Source of the DNA: Thalassobaculaceae bacterium
Lineage (GTDB): Bacteria; Pseudomonadota; Alphaproteobacteria; Thalassobaculales; Thalassobaculaceae
DNA length: 64,000 nt
Assembly: GCA_965228875.1 (NCBI GenBank)
Contig: OZ245843.1
Coordinates: 3,268,616-3,332,615 of the forward strand
Direction: 5' to 3'
The notes under the pieces are model-generated. The model ran no database searches and had not been told where the DNA came from. It saw only the letters and a program-made list of their open reading frames with translations. Positions 23,606 through 32,420 of the stretch are shown here, piece after piece. The translations under genes were made by a program, and so were the position numbers. Numbering within the stretch: the first letter of the stretch is position 1; every line of letters begins with the position of its first letter.

Positions 23606-23653
23606 CCCGGCCTCGAAAAAACCCGGCCTCGAAAAAACCCGGCCTCGAAAAAA
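23606..23653. repeat. Tandem repeat, 3 x 16 bp (CCCGGCCTCGAAAAAA)
   Basis: Three perfect head-to-tail copies. Confidence 0.95.
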
Positions 23654-23694
23654 CATCGTTTGAACTTTCGCTCGGAGTTCCCACATCATGGGTG

Positions 23695-23810
23695 CTGGTA
23701 CGGTCGCGCGAGCTTTATCTCGTCGCCGACCGTCCGAATGAGCGTCAGTCGTAACCCCTCTCCCAGGGTTTCGAGCGTGTGCGGGCCCCTCTTCGGAGGG
23801 GCCTTTTCTT
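23695..23810 (+). ncRNA. Candidate AbcR-like sRNA (anti-SD loop CUCUCCCA)
   Basis: Three hairpins, the last GGCCCCTC-TTCG-GAGGGGCC-TTTTCTT; RpoH-like TTGAAC...CCCACAT upstream. Confidence 0.5.
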
Positions 23811-24011
23811 GTTCGCCCCGGGCACTCCGAGAGCGGTCCCAACCCGGACAATCGGGCTCCATCCCCAGCCACGCATATCTCGCAGAGCGAGGCATGCGCG
23901 ACATGCAATGCTGCAGCGCAAAAATCCAAGTGGTGGCGGCGGGAATTATCCCCAGATTGGGGCCATCACAGTCGGGGCCGTCCCGACATGGAAGTTCCAA
24001 GGAGAAACCCG

Positions 24012-24398
24012 ATGTCCACCCAGAACGATATCCTGCGCGTGCCGTCGGCCCTGCCGGAGGACCCGAACGCGCTGGTCGCTCGGGCCCGGGCCATGCGGAG
24101 TGCCTACATGCGAGACCTGACCGCCCAGGCTTTCAAGGGCCTGCGCACCTGGCTCGCCAATCGCCGGACGATGGCTGCGATCGAGGATCTCAGCCCGCGC
24201 ATGCTGGCCGATATCGGCCTCGACATGACCGCCCTGCGGGCCGGCGTCATCCGCCGCGTCGACGTCGAAGTCGTCGGCACGCCGAGCCAGGGCTTCGCGA
24301 CCGCCACGGCGCCGAAGACCGCCAACCCCGCCGAGCCGCATCTGCGTCCGGTGACGGTCGGCACCGCGGCCAACACCGACGTGCGTCACGCCGCCTGA
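24012..24398 (+). CDS. DUF1127 domain protein (long type)
   Basis: WLANRRTMAAIEDLSPRMLADIGL motif; RBS AAGGAG. Confidence 0.8.
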   Translation: MSTQNDILRVPSALPEDPNALVARARAMRSAYMRDLTAQAFKGLRTWLANRRTMAAIEDLSPRMLADIGLDMTALRAGVIRRVDVEVVGTPSQGFATATAPKTANPAEPHLRPVTVGTAANTDVRHAA

Positions 24399-24430
24399 CC
24401 CCCCTCCCCCTGTAGGGCGACGCGATGCGC

Positions 24431-24465
24431 AACGGCCGGCACCCAGGTGCCGGCCGTTCTGTTTC
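24431..24465 (+). terminator. Intrinsic terminator
   Basis: AACGGCCGGCAC-CCAG-GTGCCGGCCGTT-CTGTTTC. Confidence 0.65.
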
Positions 24466-24479
24466 GAGGACCGATACGA

Positions 24480-25388
24480 TCAGACCGACGGGCGGGAGGA
24501 GCCTCGGGTGAAGACGAGCGCGCTCCAGCCATCGCGACGATAGCGACGGATCAGCCGCAGTCCCTGCGCCCGGTGCACCGAGACGACCCAGCGCTCCTGT
24601 TGATTCAGCAGCCCCGACAGGATGGCGACCCCGCCCGGCGCCAGGCCGTGGCGAAGATCCGGCGCCATTTCCGCCAGCGGCCCTGCCAGGATGTTCGCGA
24701 CCACCAGGTCGAACGGCGCGGCCCGCCGTACAACCGGCGCCCGCCAGCCGTTGGATATCCGGGTGGCGATGCGGCCCGCCAGACGGTTGGCCCGGACGTT
24801 CGCCCGCGCCGTCGCCACGGAGACCGGGTCCAGATCGACCGCCAGCAGGCGCGCCGACGGAACCAACCGTGCCTGCGCCATGGCCAGGATCCCCGAGCCG
24901 CAGCCGAGATCGAGCACATTGCGCGGTTGCCGGCGCTTCGCCAGGTCCTGCATCGCCCGCAGGCAGAGTGCGGTGGTCGCGTGGCTTCCGGAACCGAAGG
25001 CGCGGGCCGCATCGACCAGCAGCTCGATGCTCGCCGCCGGCGCCGGCTCCTCCACGTGCGAGCCCCGGATCCACACCCGACCCTCGCGGATCGGCGGAAA
25101 GGACTGCCGATTGAGCGCCAGCCAGTCGATCTCCGGCAACGGCTCGATCACCGTGTCAGGCGGCGGCGTTCCGACCGTCGCGGCGGCCAGCGCCAGGGCG
25201 GCGGTCACCGCCGGGCGCTGTGGTTCGTCCTCGGCGATCCCCTCCACCGTCCAGTTCCCGCCGGGGGTATCCTCCAGCGCGGTGACTGCGGAGACGAAGG
25301 GGGACAGGGCGTCGGCCACGACCTCGGAGGCCCTGGCCGGCACGGTGAGAGCGATGCGCCAGAGCGCGGATTTTCCCGGAGCTGTCAT
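24480..25388 (-). CDS. prmA: 50S ribosomal protein L11 methyltransferase
   Basis: DWLALN...FPP, AFGSGSHATT, LDLGCGSGILA, ANILAGPL, ILSGLL. Confidence 0.92.
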   Translation of the reverse strand: MTAPGKSALWRIALTVPARASEVVADALSPFVSAVTALEDTPGGNWTVEGIAEDEPQRPAVTAALALAAATVGTPPPDTVIEPLPEIDWLALNRQSFPPIREGRVWIRGSHVEEPAPAASIELLVDAARAFGSGSHATTALCLRAMQDLAKRRQPRNVLDLGCGSGILAMAQARLVPSARLLAVDLDPVSVATARANVRANRLAGRIATRISNGWRAPVVRRAAPFDLVVANILAGPLAEMAPDLRHGLAPGGVAILSGLLNQQERWVVSVHRAQGLRLIRRYRRDGWSALVFTRGSSRPSV

Positions 25389-25399
25389 GGTCGCCGGAT

Positions 25400-27844
25400 T
25401 TACGGCTTGGAGACGAAGGTGTCGACCACGTTCTTGACGCCGGCATGGTCGAACGCGACCTCCAGCTTGTCGCCGTCGACCTTGGTGACCGTGCCCATGC
25501 CGAACTTCTGGTGGAACACCCGCTCGTCGACGGCGTACTTGGCCGGCTTGGAGCGGTTGACGGTGTAGCCCTCGCCGTCGATGACCGGGGCGCGGGTCCG
25601 GATCGAGCCACCGCCGCGCCGCATATAGCCCGGACCACGACCGGCCACCCGACCGCCCTGCCCGGCGCTGTCCCAGGCCGGCAACCGACTCTCCTCGTCG
25701 CGGCCGTAGCTCGGACCGTCCCGCCCGTAGCCGCGACCGCCGTAGCCGCTTCCCCCGTAGCCGGAGCCGCCATAGCCGGAGCCGCCGGAACCGTACAGGC
25801 CGGCCTCGCTGATCATCTCCACATGCTCGTCCGGCAGTTCGGAGACGAAGCGCGAGGGAATCGCGCTCTGCCACAGGCCGTGGACCCGGCGGTTCGCGGC
25901 GAACAGGATCTCGACCTTCCTGCGCGCGCGGGTCAGGCCGACATAGGCGAGCCTCCGCTCTTCCTCCAGTCCGGCCGCGCCGTTCTCGTCCAGCGCCCGC
26001 TGGTTCGGGAACATCCCCTCCTCCCAGCCCGGCAGGAACACGACGTCGAACTCCAGCCCCTTGGCCGCATGCAGGGTCATCAGGCTGACCTGCTCGCCGT
26101 CGGCGGCCTCGGCGTTCTCCATGACCAGGGAGATATGCTCCAGGAACCCGCCCAGGCTCTCGAATTCCTCGAGGGCCGTGACCAGTTCCTTGAGGTTCTC
26201 CAGGCGTCCCGGCGCCTCGGGCGACTTGTCCTTCTGCAGCGCGGCGGTATAGCCGCTCTCGTCGAGGACCATCCGCGCCAAGTCGGAGGGATCCTCGGCC
26301 TGGGCCGCTTCCCGCCAGCGGGCGAAATCGGCGATCAGTCGCCCGACCGCCCGGCGCGCCGCCGGTTTCAACTCGTCCGACTGCACCATCTGCGTCGCCG
26401 CCGCCGTAAGCGACAGACCGGCGGCGCGGGCGTACTGGACGATCACCGCCTCCGTGGTCTTGCCGATGCCCCGCGCCGGCTTGTTGACGATGCGTTCGAA
26501 CGCAAGGTCGTCCTCCGGCTGGTTGATGACCCGCAGGTAGGCGATCGCATCGCGGATCTCGGCGCGCTCGTAGAACCGCGCGCCGCCGACCACCCGGTAG
26601 GGCACGCCGAGCGTGATGAGACGTTCCTCGAACTCGCGAGTCTGGAACCCGGCGCGGACCAGAACCGCCATCTCGCGAAGCGGCACCTTGGCCCGCTGGT
26701 AATCCTCGATCCGGTCGCCGACGACTCGGGCCTCCTCCTCGCCGTCCCACACGCCGCGCACGACGATGTGGTCGCCGTCGTCCCCCTCGGTCCAGAGCGT
26801 CTTGCCGAGCCGGCCCTCGTTGTTGGCGATCAGTCCCGAGGCCGCGGCCAGGATGCGCGAGGTCGAACGGTAGTTCTGCTCCAGCCGGATGACCGTCGCG
26901 CCGGGGAAGTCCTTCTCGAACTTCAGGATGTTCCCGATCTCGGCGCCGCGCCAGCCGTAGATCGACTGGTCGTCGTCGCCGACGCAGCAGATGTTCCTGT
27001 GGCTCTGGGCAAGCAAGCGCAGCCAGAGATACTGGGCCACGTTGGTGTCCTGGTACTCGTCGACCAGGATGTAGCGGAACTGCTGCTGGTACTGCGCCAG
27101 CACCTCGGGCCGGGTCTGGAACAGGGTCAGGCACAGCAGGAGCAGGTCGCCGAAATCGGCGGCGTTGAGGGTGACCAACCGCTCCTGATACTGGCGGTAG
27201 ATCTCCTGGAGCTTGCCGCCGGCCATGTCGCCGGCCTCTGCCACGCCGATCCTGTCGGGGGTGAGACCGCGGTCCTTCCAGCGCTGCAGCACGCCCATGA
27301 CGACCCGCGCCGGCCAGCGCTTGTCGTCGACGTTCTCGGCCTGCAGCACCTGCTTCAGCAGCCGGATCTGATCGTCGGTGTCGAGAATCGTGAAATTGGA
27401 CTTCAGCCCGACCAGTTCGGCATGGCGGCGCAGGATGCGGGCGCACAGCGCGTGGAAGGTGCCGAGCCAGACCTGCTCGGCGGCGGGGCCGACGATCGCC
27501 GCCACCCGCTCCTTCATCTCGCGCGCCGCCTTGTTGGTGAAGGTGACCGCCAGGACGTTCCAGGGTCGCGCCTTGCCGAGGGTCAGCAGGTGGGACAGCC
27601 GGGTGGTGAGCGCCCGGGTCTTGCCGGTACCGGCGCCGGCGAGAACCAGAACCGGCCCGTCCAGTGCCTCGACCGCCGCCCGCTGCCCCTCGTTCAGGCC
27701 GTCGAGATAGCCCCCGCGCGGCGAGATGGCGCGACCCGGTGTGGCATTGCCCGGCGCGGGATAGGCCGGCGCCGGGCCGGAGGGGGGTCGGTATTCCGTC
27801 GGATCGATGCCGCCGGGACCGTCATTGGAAAACAGATCCGCCAT
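25400..27844 (-). CDS. uvrD: ATP-dependent DNA helicase UvrD/PcrA
   Basis: AGAGTGKT, DEYQD, VGDDDQSIY, TLHAAKGLEF, EERRLAYVGLTRA, C-terminal Tudor RVFHQKFG. Confidence 0.97.
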   Translation of the reverse strand: MADLFSNDGPGGIDPTEYRPPSGPAPAYPAPGNATPGRAISPRGGYLDGLNEGQRAAVEALDGPVLVLAGAGTGKTRALTTRLSHLLTLGKARPWNVLAVTFTNKAAREMKERVAAIVGPAAEQVWLGTFHALCARILRRHAELVGLKSNFTILDTDDQIRLLKQVLQAENVDDKRWPARVVMGVLQRWKDRGLTPDRIGVAEAGDMAGGKLQEIYRQYQERLVTLNAADFGDLLLLCLTLFQTRPEVLAQYQQQFRYILVDEYQDTNVAQYLWLRLLAQSHRNICCVGDDDQSIYGWRGAEIGNILKFEKDFPGATVIRLEQNYRSTSRILAAASGLIANNEGRLGKTLWTEGDDGDHIVVRGVWDGEEEARVVGDRIEDYQRAKVPLREMAVLVRAGFQTREFEERLITLGVPYRVVGGARFYERAEIRDAIAYLRVINQPEDDLAFERIVNKPARGIGKTTEAVIVQYARAAGLSLTAAATQMVQSDELKPAARRAVGRLIADFARWREAAQAEDPSDLARMVLDESGYTAALQKDKSPEAPGRLENLKELVTALEEFESLGGFLEHISLVMENAEAADGEQVSLMTLHAAKGLEFDVVFLPGWEEGMFPNQRALDENGAAGLEEERRLAYVGLTRARRKVEILFAANRRVHGLWQSAIPSRFVSELPDEHVEMISEAGLYGSGGSGYGGSGYGGSGYGGRGYGRDGPSYGRDEESRLPAWDSAGQGGRVAGRGPGYMRRGGGSIRTRAPVIDGEGYTVNRSKPAKYAVDERVFHQKFGMGTVTKVDGDKLEVAFDHAGVKNVVDTFVSKP

Positions 27845-28131
27845 GGCCCGACCATATAGCATCCGACCGCCACGACCCCAGGTATTAAGTGCCATCGGAG
27901 ATCCGCTGGATCCCCACCGTAGATCCGCAGGAGGCCCGCGGAACCGCAAATCCGAATTTATCTGTTGGATTTATCACTTTGTTAATTTGTTTTCATAATA
28001 ATCCGACCGCGCCTCGACGGCGTAAACGACCGTGATACCGGCTGGACATCGCCGGAACGGACAAGTTCGGGAATCCCCGGATCGCTCGGCGCACTCTTGA
28101 GCCGGTCCCATGTGCCTGCGGTTTTGGGGTA

Positions 28132-28166
28132 ACGGGGGGTGCTTCGGCACCCCCCGTGCTTGTTTC
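28132..28166 (+). terminator. Strong hairpin, probable terminator
   Basis: ACGGGGGGTGC-TTCG-GCACCCCCCGT followed by GCTTGTTTC; strand uncertain. Confidence 0.55.
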
Positions 28167-28187
28167 GCGGCCGGCGAGCCCGCGGCG

Positions 28188-29951
28188 TCAGATCGTCTCG
28201 CCGTGTTCCTCGGCCTGCTGGCGGATCAGCGCCTGATTGTAGGCCCGCATCACGTCGCGCTCGTGCAGGCAGCCGATCAGCCGCATGCGTTCCGCCGAAT
28301 CGACCACCGCCAACAGCCCTTCCTCCGCCTCCGAGAATCGGCTGATCGCGCGCTGCAGGTCGTTGCCGGTCTCCAGAAACGGCGGGTGCTTGCGGGCGAG
28401 ATCGACGGCCGTGTACTCGCGGTCCTTGGAGGAATCGAACGCCACCTCGCCAAGGTCGGCCAATGTGATGGTGCCGATCAGCCGGTCGTCCGCATCGACG
28501 ACGAAGAGCTCGTTCATCGGCGCCAGCCGCAACCGGCTGCGCAGACTGTCGAGCCCGGTCTCCGCGCTCACGGTAACGTGATCCTGGCGCATCAGGTCGT
28601 GCACCCTCTGACTGCGCAGCGCGGCGACGTCGTGGCCGCCCTGGATGTGCACCCCGCGCCGGCGCAGCTGGTCGGCGAAGAAGGACGGGCTGTGCCAGAC
28701 CCGGGTAATCAGCGACGCGATCACCACCGCAACCATCACGCCGACCGTCAGCTTGTAGTCGCCGGTCAGCTCGAAGATGATCAGGATGGTCGAGATCGGC
28801 GCCCCCAGCGTCGCCGCCGAAACCGCCCCCATGGCGATCAGGGTGTACGCCCCGTGGCCCGAGGACAGGTGCGGGAACGGCATGCTGGCGATGATGCCGT
28901 AGGCGCCGCCGATCATGGCGCCGATGAAGAGCGACGGCGAGAACACCCCGCCGCCGAACCCGGCGCCGAGACACAGCGCGGTCATCAGGATCTTCAACGC
29001 GGCCAGGGTGATGAGCAGGTACAGGCCGTAGGCTTCGTTCAGCGCCCCGTCCATACCCTCGTAGCCGACGCCGAGAATCTCGGGAAACTCCAGCGCAACG
29101 ATGCCGACGACGAGGCCCGCCGCCGCCGGATGCAGCCAGCGCGGGAGCGGCAGCCGCCGGCGCTGCAGGTCGACGAACTCGGTCGCCCGCATCAGGGCGA
29201 TCGCCGCCACCGCGCAGACCACGCCCAGGATCATGAACGCCGGGAACTCGAGGAACGAGGTGATCGGATGCGACGGCACGATGAAGGCCGGGTAGTCGCC
29301 GAACCAGGCGCGCGACAGCACCGTGCCGAACACCGAGGCGATGACGATCGGCGCGAAGGCCGACAGCGCGTAGTGGCCGATCACCACCTCCAGCGCGAAG
29401 AACACGCCGGCGATCGGCGCGTTGAACGACGCGGCGACCGCGCTGGCCACGCCGCAGCCGAGCAGCGTCCGCGCCTGACTGCGCGACAGGTTGAGCGGGC
29501 GGCCGAGGAAGCTGGCAAGCGCCGCGCCGAGATGCACCGCCGGCCCCTCGCGGCCGACCGACGCACCGCAGCCGATCGACGTGGCGCTGATCACCGCCGC
29601 GCCGAGCCCCTGGCGCATCGACATGCGCCCGACGCGCAGCGCGCTGGACTCGATCACGTCCGCCACCGCCTGCGGCCGGCCGCCCGGCATGACGTACTTG
29701 CAGAACAGTCCGATCAGCAGCCCGCCGGCGGTCGGCGCCAAAATCAGCCGCCACCACTCGAGCTGCGCCGCGTTGGTCGCCACCAGTTCGGACCGGAACC
29801 CCAGAAACAGCAGTTGGAGGAAGTCGATCGACTCGCGGAAGGCGATGGCACCACCCGCCCCCGCCCCGCCGACCACGACGGCGACCACGCTCATCACGAT
29901 CTGGTCGTTGCCGACCAGCCGTTTGAGTTCGTGGAAATATCGGCTCGGCAT
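28188..29951 (-). CDS. CLC chloride channel/transporter with CBS domains
   Basis: GASVGREGP, FNAPIAG, GGGVFSPSL, C-terminal CBS pair. Confidence 0.93.
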   Translation of the reverse strand: MPSRYFHELKRLVGNDQIVMSVVAVVVGGAGAGGAIAFRESIDFLQLLFLGFRSELVATNAAQLEWWRLILAPTAGGLLIGLFCKYVMPGGRPQAVADVIESSALRVGRMSMRQGLGAAVISATSIGCGASVGREGPAVHLGAALASFLGRPLNLSRSQARTLLGCGVASAVAASFNAPIAGVFFALEVVIGHYALSAFAPIVIASVFGTVLSRAWFGDYPAFIVPSHPITSFLEFPAFMILGVVCAVAAIALMRATEFVDLQRRRLPLPRWLHPAAAGLVVGIVALEFPEILGVGYEGMDGALNEAYGLYLLITLAALKILMTALCLGAGFGGGVFSPSLFIGAMIGGAYGIIASMPFPHLSSGHGAYTLIAMGAVSAATLGAPISTILIIFELTGDYKLTVGVMVAVVIASLITRVWHSPSFFADQLRRRGVHIQGGHDVAALRSQRVHDLMRQDHVTVSAETGLDSLRSRLRLAPMNELFVVDADDRLIGTITLADLGEVAFDSSKDREYTAVDLARKHPPFLETGNDLQRAISRFSEAEEGLLAVVDSAERMRLIGCLHERDVMRAYNQALIRQQAEEHGETI

Positions 29952-30085
29952 GACTGCGGGGGTCCGGTGAGAAATCCAAGAACGACGGTAGCTTAGCGAC
30001 GTTCCTTACATCGTGAAAGGGAGAGTCGGCGCGAAGCGTCGAAACCGTTTGATGTGACGGGCCGCGGACGCCTAGCATCGCTGCC

Positions 30086-30628
30086 ATGGACATCGCAATC
30101 AGACCGGCGCGTTTCAGGCGCCCCGAGGAACAACCCGAGGAGCATCCTGAGGAGTCCACCGGGGAGACCGCCACGGACGATGCCGAGACCGTCCGCCGGC
30201 TGGTCCGCGCCCTGGCGGAGGTTCAGGAGGCCGCCGATTACGTCACCGGAACGGCCGACGACCTGCGCCGCGACGGCAGCGGCGAGCATCCGTATTTCCG
30301 CGCCATGCTGGCGGAGCGCGCGGACGGCACCGCCGTCGGTCTCGCGCTCTACTACTACGTCTACTCCACCTGGTCCGGCCGGCCGAAGCTCTACGTCGAG
30401 GACCTCTACGTGGATGCCGATCTGCGCGGCTCTGGGCTCGGCCGCCGGCTGATGGCCGCCCTGGCCCGCGAGGCGGTGGCAAAGAACTGCGTGAAACTGG
30501 ATCTGTCGGTGAAGACCGACAACAAGGCCCGCGACTTCTACGAGCGCCTGGGCCTGACCCGCAGCGGGACCTGGCTGCCCTATACGGTCGGCGGCGCCGA
30601 CCTGGAGGCGCTGGCCGCCAGCGGGTGA
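30086..30628 (+). CDS. GNAT N-acetyltransferase (SSAT-like)
   Basis: YSTWSG, LYVEDLYV, RGSGLG, N.KARDFYERLG. Confidence 0.88.
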   Translation: MDIAIRPARFRRPEEQPEEHPEESTGETATDDAETVRRLVRALAEVQEAADYVTGTADDLRRDGSGEHPYFRAMLAERADGTAVGLALYYYVYSTWSGRPKLYVEDLYVDADLRGSGLGRRLMAALAREAVAKNCVKLDLSVKTDNKARDFYERLGLTRSGTWLPYTVGGADLEALAASG

Positions 30629-30698
30629 CCGCGGGCACCGGTCCGGCGGGCGGCGGATCCGCATTGCCCCCGGCCCTGCGCCGCGCTAACTGTTTGCC

Positions 30699-32390
30699 AT
30701 GACCGATCAGCTCACCATCACGCTGGCGCAGCTCAATCCCCGCGTCGGCGACATCGACGGCAATATGACCAAGCTCCGCAAGGTCCGCGCCCGCGCCGCG
30801 GACGAGGGGGCGGATCTGGTGCTGACCGCCGAGCTCTACGCCTGCGGCTATCCGCCGGAGGATCTGGTGCTGAAGCCGATGTTCGTCGCCGAGGTGCGCG
30901 ACGCCGTCGAGGCGCTGGCGGCGGAGACGGCGGATGGCGGCCCGGCAGTGCTGATCGGCGCCCCCTGGGCCGAGGGCGACAGGCTCTACAACGCCATGCT
31001 GCTGCTGGACGGCGGCTCGGTGCAGGCGTCGCGCTACAAGGTCGACCTGCCGAACTACGGGGTGTTCGACGAGAAGCGGGTGTTCGATGTCGGGCCGATG
31101 CCGGGGCCGGTCGACGTGCGCGGCGTGCGCATCGGCCTGCCGATCTGCGAGGACATCTGGACCCCGGACGTGGTCGAGTGCGTGAGCGAGACCGGCGGCG
31201 AGATCCTGCTGGTCGCCAACGGCTCGCCCTTCGACAGCCAGAAACTGGACAACCGCCTGCAGCACGCCACCTCGCGCGTGGTCGAGAGCGGCCTGCCGCT
31301 GGTCTATCTCAACCAGGTCGGCGGCCAGGACGAACTGGTGTTCGACGGCGCCTCCTTCGTGCTCAACGCGGACCGGTCGGTCGCCGCCCAGATGCCGGCC
31401 TGGGAGGAGGCGGTGCTGACCACCACCTGGACCCGCGGCCCCGACGGCTGGACCTGCGCCCCGTCGGCGACGGTGGAACCGAAGACCGGGCTGGAGGCGA
31501 CCTACCGCGCCATGGTCGTCGGCCTGCGCGACTACGTCACGAAGAACGGCTTTCCCGGGGTGATCCTCGGCATGTCGGGCGGCATCGACAGCGCGCTGTC
31601 GGCGGCGGTGGCGGTCGACGCCCTCGGCCCCGACAAGGTGCGCTGCGTGATGATGCCCTCGCCCTATACCAGCGAACACAGCCTGGAGGACGCCGCGGCG
31701 GCGGCGACCCTGCTGGGCGTCGACTACACCTCGATCAATATCGGCCCGGCGATGCAGGCCTTCGAATCCATGCTGGCCGATCAGTTCGCCGGCACGACGC
31801 CCGACATCACCGAGGAGAACATCCAGGCGCGCTCGCGCGGCATCACCCTGATGGCCCTGTCCAACAAGTTCGGCCACATGGTGCTGTCGACCGGCAACAA
31901 GTCCGAGATGTCGGTCGGCTACGCCACGCTGTACGGCGACATGTGCGGCGGCTACTCGGTGCTCAAGGACGTCTACAAGACGACCGTGTTCGCGCTCTGC
32001 CGATGGCGCAACGCCCACCGGCCGGCCGACTGCCTCGGCCCCGACGGCCCGGTGATGCCGGAGCGGATCATCACCAAGCCGCCCTCCGCCGAGCTGCGCC
32101 CGGACCAGAAGGACGAGGACAGCCTGCCGCCCTATCCGGTGCTGGACGCCATTCTGGCCGAGTTGATCGAGAACGAGACCCCGGTGGCCGACATCGTCGC
32201 CAAGGGCTTCGACAGCGAGACGGTGCTGCGGGTCTGGCGTCTCCTCGACCGGGCGGAGTACAAGCGCCGCCAGGCACCGCCCGGCGTCAAGCTGACCAGC
32301 CGGTCGTTCGGCAAGGAGCGGCGCTATCCCATCACCAACGCCTTCGTCGGCGTCTACCGGCCGAAGAAGGCGCGCGCGGCGGCCGAATAG
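30699..32390 (+). CDS. nadE: Glutamine-dependent NAD+ synthetase
   Basis: Nitrilase domain (GYPPEDL, LPNYGVFDE, ICEDIW) plus SGGIDS, TGNKSE, PSAELR. Confidence 0.97.
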   Translation: MTDQLTITLAQLNPRVGDIDGNMTKLRKVRARAADEGADLVLTAELYACGYPPEDLVLKPMFVAEVRDAVEALAAETADGGPAVLIGAPWAEGDRLYNAMLLLDGGSVQASRYKVDLPNYGVFDEKRVFDVGPMPGPVDVRGVRIGLPICEDIWTPDVVECVSETGGEILLVANGSPFDSQKLDNRLQHATSRVVESGLPLVYLNQVGGQDELVFDGASFVLNADRSVAAQMPAWEEAVLTTTWTRGPDGWTCAPSATVEPKTGLEATYRAMVVGLRDYVTKNGFPGVILGMSGGIDSALSAAVAVDALGPDKVRCVMMPSPYTSEHSLEDAAAAATLLGVDYTSINIGPAMQAFESMLADQFAGTTPDITEENIQARSRGITLMALSNKFGHMVLSTGNKSEMSVGYATLYGDMCGGYSVLKDVYKTTVFALCRWRNAHRPADCLGPDGPVMPERIITKPPSAELRPDQKDEDSLPPYPVLDAILAELIENETPVADIVAKGFDSETVLRVWRLLDRAEYKRRQAPPGVKLTSRSFGKERRYPITNAFVGVYRPKKARAAAE

Positions 32391-32420
32391 CGCCCGCCGA
32401 ACCAGCCAACGGGATCCCCG

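Noticed and set aside
23606..23653. Tandem repeats as a CRISPR array (also 52123-52350)
   Set aside because: No unique spacers and no cas genes.
29952..30085. Possible fluoride riboswitch upstream of the CLC gene
   Set aside because: No crcB-motif consensus seen, and the protein has GREGP rather than the CLC-F GREGT signature.
30122..30157. PEEQ-PEEH-PEES micro-repeat in the GNAT N-terminus
   Set aside because: In-frame slippage in a probable loop; no evidence of function.
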